DNA of 18,419 bases from Amoebophrya sp. A120. Lineage: Eukaryota > Protista > Dinoflagellata. Each line of letters opens with the position of its first letter. The first letter of the stretch is position 1. Below, piece by piece: positions 12,332 to 18,419 of the stretch. The translations under genes were made by a program, and so were the position numbers. Below the pieces are notes generated by a model. That model did not search any database. It was not told where the DNA came from and was given only the letters and a program-made list of their open reading frames with translations. Location: assembly GCA_905178155.1 (NCBI GenBank), contig CAJINV010000015.1, forward strand, positions 1,818,343 to 1,836,761, in the 5' to 3' direction.

Positions 12332-15300
12332 ATGTCCGTGAAGATTCTTGCCCCGCCCACAGCACCTCTAGCGGAAGAGGACGCGGGCGTCGACCACGAG
12401 CGAGCAAGCGTTTCCTCTTCTTCGGTTGATGAAGGCCTTGTTCTGACGGACGATAAGGAGCTACAACAACTTGAGCACCTCCCTCCACGTCAATCTGCGC
12501 TAGCAGAGCAGACGCACTCAGGTCGGGCACCATCAGCCTCTACTACTTCTGCCGGTGCAGCCGTTATTTTCTCCCCCGAGGACCGCCGCCACGGAGTTGC
12601 AACGAGAGGAGCTTCCTTCGACCAGATACAACTGCATCAACACGAGGTGAATTCCTGCAGATGCTGCCTCTGCGGCGTTTCTCTGACCGACGAGAACAAA
12701 CCGGGCGAGAACAACAGTTCCACGGTTTGCCTCAACTGCCTGAAGCAAGAAGCTTTATCCGCGCTCAACGCCGACGGGAAAAGCAGCGGCTTCCCGACTC
12801 TCTGTCAAGTGAAGATGTGCAAGGGTTGCCACCGGTACGCAGCTATGCAATGCAAAAGTATCGTATTCGTAACTAGTATAAATTGCATTACAAATTAGCC
12901 CAGCATTACAAATTGCATTGCATTTGTAATGCTGATTTACCTCGAGGGAGAGATTTGAAATGCGTGATCGCAATTACTACGAGTACGATACTTTTGCAAT
13001 GCATAGCCGCCCCGTCTGGCGGCACAGCGAACAGCTCCGGGTCGCAGACAAAGCACTGGCTGAAATGCGACTGGGAATCTCGGGAACTGCTCGGCTTGTG
13101 CTTGAAATCCCTCTGCCACAGCTGCAACCACTTGTCTACTTCTTCTAGAGAATCTCTTGCGGGCGGCGGCAGTGTTGCTGGGTCGACGTGTTCAGGCTCC
13201 GCGAAGAGCAGTGGCACAAGCTCTGGAGCTGCATCTGTAGCGTTGTTATACCAAGGTTTATCCCCAAACGACATTACCGACGCTATGTTTCTCTACACGG
13301 AGCCGCATTCGAGACGGATCAAAGTCCGGGTGACTATCCCGACGAAGACGGCAGTTGGAGGAGCATCAAGTGCTACAAGCAGCTTCCAGAATCTCCTCGA
13401 GACGCAACGGGAAGTTGAGTACGTCGTGAAAACGGAGCAGTGTCCGGACTGTGCAAGGGAGTATACACCGCACACGTGGACGTTCCTGATCCAGGTGCGG
13501 TTAAAAAAGTCGAAGTATACGACGAGTAGTGCTTACACGCGCCGGGTTTTTTCGAAGCTAGAGCAGATCATTCTGGAGAAACAGAACAACGAGATTGTCC
13601 AGCACTTGGTGAAAACGGACCTGCAGGACAGTTCCGCGGACTTTTATTTCCGGAACAAAATCCACGCCAACAGCTTCTGCGAACTTGTGTCGAAAAACTT
13701 TTTGTTGGACGAGAAGAAGGAATCGAAGACGTTGATCAAGTACGACGAGCAGAACGCGTTTTCCAGATACAAGTTCACGACGCTGCTCTCGCTCACCCCG
13801 ATTCTGAAGTGGGACCTGGTGTGCGTCACGCAGCCGAAGTTGTTGTCCAAACACCGGATCAAGATCAAAAACGTCGCAGATTTGCAAAAGCAGAGCTCCT
13901 ATGGATTGCAAAAGTGTCTGGGTCTGGAAACTTGTGATGCTGGGCGGCGTATCATGAGGAGGCAACAAGTGCTGGCTCAGCATGACAAGTTTCTGAGCTT
14001 CTAGGTATTGCCTCTTGTGCATGACAAACTGCGTTTCTGCATGACAGCAAAGTGCAAGTGGGTCTCTTGGGTAATGTGCATGACAGATTTACGAGCCATG
14101 TGAAACAAGCATGACAAACTTGCGTTCCTCCAGACCCAGACATTTTTGCATTTGATAGCTCCAGTCGGGTGCTGCTGTGCGTGAACAGCCGGAATGCGAA
14201 GTTGGAGCTGTATGGAAGCGTCAGGTTTGAAATCGTCAAAGTTGAAATAATTTCTCATGCATAAATTGCAAGACATGAAGCGCCTCTCTTGCAGGGATGG
14301 CAGGCGAGGCCGACTGTCAGCCTGTTTGGCGTTTACGATAGAGCTGCTAAAGTAGCATGACAAAAGACGCCTTCTGTCCCTAAACAGCATGACAAACTGG
14401 ATTTAGGCTCTACCCAAATTTGTCACGCGCCACTTGAAAACTGGGCTTCAATTGGCATCCATTTTATGCATCACAAACTATTTCATTTCAACTTTGACGA
14501 TTTCAATCCTGACGCTTCCATAAGCTGCTCGACTCGAATAGCGGCAAGCTGTACGTTTGTCACGACTCGAAAGGGCTGCTCACGATTGCCGACAAGTCCG
14601 CGGTTAAGGAGTTCACCATCATGGACATCGAGCATAATTTTTATACCGGCAATAGGAATAGAAGTAGCTCCTGTACATCTACCGGAGCTGTAGCAGCAGG
14701 TAGCGAATTCTGCATGACAAGTATGGCGTCAGTGTCCCGGACGTCGGACTTGGGAACGACAGAAGATGGGAATCAGGTGCATGGGGTGCACCTCATCTCG
14801 AAGTTCGGAACAAGAACTACGTCAGCAGGAGGAGGAGGTGCTGCGGCTGCTGGTGCGGGTTTAACTACTTCAAGAGCGGGGGCTACTTCTGTTTCATCAT
14901 CTGACAACAATGCGACGACGAGGAGGACTTCAATAGTACCATTACCAGCTGCACAAGAAGAACATCTTCAAAATAACCCGACTGCAGGAGATGTTGCCAT
15001 GCGCCAGAAACGACCCGACCACAACCAGCACGGGCAGGGCTTTGCGCAGCTCGACGTGATATGGAAGCGTCAGGTTTGAAATCGTCAAAATTGAAACGAT
15101 TTGCCATGCATAAAATGGCTACCAGTTGGAAGCCCAACTTCCAGGCGGCGCATGACAAATTTTCGGAGCACCGGAATCCAATTCGTCATGCTGTTTGGGC
15201 GCAGAAGACTGCTTTTGTCATGCTCCTCTAGCAGCTCTATCCCAAATAACCCTAAATAGGCTCGCAATATACCTCACTTGCCATCCCGGCGAGACAGGCG

Positions 15301-15521
15301 CTTCATGCCTTGCATTTAATGCATGACAAACTATTTCAGTTTTCGTTTTGACGATTTCAAACCTGACGCCTCCATACGTGAGTGACGAGGTGTATGGGTA
15401 TGATTTGCGGTGTTTGGTCCGTTCCGAACTGGAAGAGATTGCGCAGGAGGGGAACAAAAACGGGGACGAGTTGAACGTGGCCTGGAACATCCCGCCGGTG
15501 GTGCTGTGCTACAAGGTTTAG
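12332..15521 (+). CDS. NMD3: 60S ribosomal export adaptor NMD3; exons 12332-12843, 13011-13899, 14163-14210, 14528-15059, 15382-15521
   Basis: Zn-binding CCLCG, CLNC, CKGC and CPDC; WESRELLGLCLK; DAMFLYTEPHSRRIKV; TWTFLIQVR; KEFTIMDIE; VYGYDL; IPPVVLCYK. Four TIR elements excise in frame. Confidence 0.95.
12844..13005. mobile_element. Introner, family C; repeat GCAGC/GCCGC
   Basis: TATGCAATGCAAAAGTATCGTATTCGTA ... TACGAGTACGATACTTTTGCAATGCATA; the join gives CHRYAAPSGG. Confidence 0.93.
13900..14157. mobile_element. Introner, family A; direct repeat GCTCC
   Basis: TATGGATTGCAAAAGTGTCTGGGTCTGGA ... TCCAGACCCAGACATTTTTGCATTTGATA; GCTCC at 13895-13899 and 14158-14162. Confidence 0.95.
14211..14522. 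mobile_element. Introner, family B; direct repeat AGCTG
   Basis: TATGGAAGCGTCAGGTTTGAAATCGTCAAAGTTGAAAT ... ATTTCAACTTTGACGATTTCAATCCTGACGCTTCCATA; AGCTG at 14206-14210 and 14523-14527. Confidence 0.96.
15060..15376. mobile_element. Introner, family B, inverted relative to the 14211 copy; direct repeat CGTGA
   Basis: TATGGAAGCGTCAGGTTTGAAATCGTCAAAA ... TTTTGACGATTTCAAACCTGACGCCTCCATA; CGTGA at 15055-15059 and 15377-15381. Confidence 0.96.
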
Positions 15522-17273
15522 AGCAAGTAGGCGAAAAGTTGGTTCTTCTTCGTGTTCGTGCTAGACACGCGGAAGATCATGTGAAGACGACCTGGTCGTC
15601 CACCACCACCTCGTGGCAGGAGCTATTGCGGAGCTGCATCGCGCCCCTTTCAGCCTTGTTTCATTCCTCGATAGAAGTCCACTTCTTGTTCTCAGAACAA
15701 TCACGAAAGTGAAGTACAAAAATAAGTAAGGACAACTCCACCTGACTCGTGCCATTTTTGCTTTTGGCAATGCAGGCTTTATTTCTTTGTCTAATCGCGA
15801 CACAGCGTGTTCATGATAGTAAAGATTTCCTGCTCAGCGTCCTCTCACCAAGACTTCTACTAGGGGAAGTGTACTTTTAGTGTTATCGGTCTAGAAGTCG
15901 ACTTGAACTGATTTTTTGAAAATGAAAGGTCTTGCGAAGGACCTTCATCGGATCAAAATTTCGTGTACAAAAGCCTAAGAATATTAAGCGAAGAACTGTA
16001 TACGACAATCCAAAATTGTCGCTCTGTCCTGGTCAAATCCAAATGGACGAAGATCTAAATTGAAGATGATGATCCACACTTGTAGTTTGCTTCGGGCTCC
16101 TCATGCTCATCGGTGTCGGTCGGCACTTACGTAAAAATGTAAGCCAGTTATCATGCCCTCCGCTCCTCCCTCACATCGGACGGAATTCTAGTATGGAGCT
16201 TGCGCTCGGAGGTATCGGTTGTTGGTGGTAGTTGTCAATGCATTGAAGATGATCAGCATCAGTAAAGGTTCTACCTGTAGTTTCGATAACATTTCTTGCC
16301 GTGTACTCAGCATCAAAACTGGGCCTCAACAAGGGCAGCACGCGTCGGTCGCTTTTTCGGATGGAGGTTGTGCCACCTACTAGGACATAATGAAATTCTA
16401 CACAGAACAAGATCAAGATCCCCCCGCAGCGGAAGAGAGAAGTCAAGACTTGCGCTTGATGTTTCTGCCTGGGTAAATAGTAAAAGTAAAAGATCAAATC
16501 GTGGTCCAGCACAAGGACAAAGATCATCTTGCGTATTCATAGTCGCTTCTACTTGTTGAAGAAAGTTGCAAACTGTACAAGATGGAAAGTCCTCGTAATT
16601 TTTCAGCAGGTTAGAAGCGTGTGCTGTGCGTTCTTACGCTAGCTACAACAACTTGTCCTGTTTTCGACAAAAATCAAGACTGCCTTACACCTTGAAGATC
16701 TAGTTTATTGGGCCTCGAGCTTCATTCGCAAAAATCCATCATCTTTATTTATTAAGTATTACTCACGTTCTTCGCGACTGACTCGTCGATTGCAGCTTTA
16801 CGTAATTTGAAGACGTCGACCTACCCCGCTGATTGACGTACTAGTAGTAGACGAGGGACGAGATCGCAAGAAGCAACCCCAGCCGTCAGTTTGAAACGAG
16901 CTCACAAGTCCTGTGAAAGTAAGAGCAAGTTATCGCAAAAACTACTCACCGAAACGAGGACGCACGCGGAAACTTTTGAAAAGGGAGCACGAGCCATCTT
17001 TTAGAGTACTTCTAAACTACGCCCTACTGAAGCTATTTTGTATAATATCGTGCGGACTCAAGAAAAGCTTTGCTGTTCCCAGCAGTTAACCTCATTCATT
17101 CCGAGCTAAGCGCTCTCTTACAACTTGATTGAACTTTTTCTAAGCGTAAAATAAAGGAGCCCCACTCCGAAGAATAATTTACCATTACTCTCAGAAGCAA
17201 GGACTTGAACTGCTATATGCATTTGAGAATAATAAAAACAAATCGAAGTAGCTCCACTACATTAAAATCGAGA

Positions 17274-18140
17274 ATGGCCCCTCAAAGAAGACGCTTCTCT
17301 ACTACGACGTCCCGTGGAACCAGGACTCTGGTGGTGCTCCGGTTTATCGCTTTTGTGTTTGCTGGAGCAGGGCTTGTCTCGGACACACATGTTTTATGCG
17401 CGCATGCAGCTGCCGCGGCCGCCCCTGCAGCAACTCGAACCGCAACAGCGGCGAACGGTCCGGGAGACGACGACCTTTTCGGTCGTCTAGACGAAACCGC
17501 AAAGGGGGTGCGGGACCTTCTATATCATGCGGAGCTCAACGAGTTCCTGGACAAGATTTACCTTCGCATGCTTCCGGCGTACCTTCTTCGGTTCCTGGAC
17601 AAAGAGGTGATCTTATGAAAAGCGGCTGGAAGATGTCGAAATCGACAAAGTTGAAATGGAAAATTATATACTTGTAAGTAACGCAGCTGCAAAACATAAA
17701 TTGATACCAGTTGGAAGGTAGAGGTAGTAGAAGCTACCCACGACTTCCTTCCCTTACAAATTTTGGCAGGAACTACAGGGAAATGCAGTCTGTCCTGCTT
17801 TTTAGGGAGTGGAGACATGATGATCTTTTGCCATGCTACTTGTACTTCTTTAGCAGCTGCAATATCTATCTTCAACATCAGCCCGAAGCTGCTCACCGGC
17901 TTACAATCATCTCTGCAAGAAGAGCACGACAGGTGGCACTTCGCGCCTTGCATTTCTATTTCTTGCATGGCAAACCATTTCAACTTTTCCTGTCTCGAAG
18001 TTCCTGACGCTTCCATAGATCAATCGGAATGCTTGGTGGCATGAAAAAGAGCACAGAGAATGGGTGCCAGAGTGGGTCCGCGCTTTCGCCGCGGACCGCC
18101 AGACGGTTGCCGTCACACTGGAAGAACAGACCCAGCTGAA
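17274..18140 (+). CDS. Unknown protein with an N-terminal hydrophobic signal/anchor; exons about 17274-17612 and 18022-18140; continues past the window
   Basis: ATG 17274, LVVLRFIAFVFAGAGLV. The frame continues ...DKEVI|NRNAWWHEKEHREW... after excising 17614-18017 plus one repeat copy. Confidence 0.7.
17614..18017. mobile_element. Introner, diverged family B; repeat GATCT/GATCA
   Basis: TATGAAAAGCGG...GAAATCGACAAAGTTGAAATGG ... CCATTTCAACTTT...CCTGACGCTTCCATA. Confidence 0.9.
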
Positions 18141-18419
18141 TATCCTGAGTGAAAACGTACCCACCCCAGAGTTGTAATGCAAATGCGCAATGACAAGAAC
18201 ATTTGTAATGCGCATCCTCATGAGAGGTATTTCCAATCGTGATTTGGCATTTGTAATGCTGTAAACAGGATGAGAAATTGGCTTTCTCATGCGGCTTGCC
18301 TTGCTATGCACCACTATACTACAGACGGAAACTTGTCATGCACAACTCCCAAAGCTTGCCGATTTGTCTAGCAGATTTCCCATCTTGACTCTGGTGTGGG
18401 GACGTTTTTACTCAGGATA
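18141..18419. mobile_element. Introner, family F; left flank CTGAA
   Basis: TATCCTGAGTGAAAACGTACCCACCCCAGAGT ... ACTCTGGTGTGGGGACGTTTTTACTCAGGATA; ends on the last base of the window. Confidence 0.9.

Noticed and set aside
13558-14022. Minus-strand ORFs overlapping the genes
   Set aside because: Antisense shadows of the + strand coding sequence.
13905-14152. 3-bp ANT target duplication model for family A
   Set aside because: The TIR extends outward to TAT/ATA and is flanked by 5-bp repeats, which fit all families.
9615-15376. CRISPR-like or tandem array reading of the recurring 30-38 bp repeats
   Set aside because: They are paired inverted repeats dispersed within eukaryotic genes, not direct repeats with spacers.
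15747-15768. Weak resemblance to the dinoflagellate spliced leader (GCCATTTT)
   Set aside because: Only a short core matches.

Overview
Eukaryotic, gene-dense DNA with five protein-coding genes, all on the + strand: a 5'-truncated TMEM135-like gene, RPS28, an MFS_2/GPH-type transporter, NMD3 and a 3'-truncated, probably secreted protein. The genes are interrupted by 14 short (about 150-400 bp) MITE-like insertions from about six terminal-inverted-repeat (TIR) families; 13 show both ends. Almost all begin TAT and end ATA and sit in a 5-bp direct repeat (8 perfect, 2 with one mismatch). Removing an element plus one repeat copy restores the reading frame, usually without GT-AG. The elements occur in both orientations and share an internal GCATGACAAA motif. 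This matches the non-canonical introner-type introns known from the syndinian dinoflagellate Amoebophrya (taxon inferred, not proven). Two ordinary GT-AG introns are also present. All family calls come from motif recognition by eye; no searches were run.
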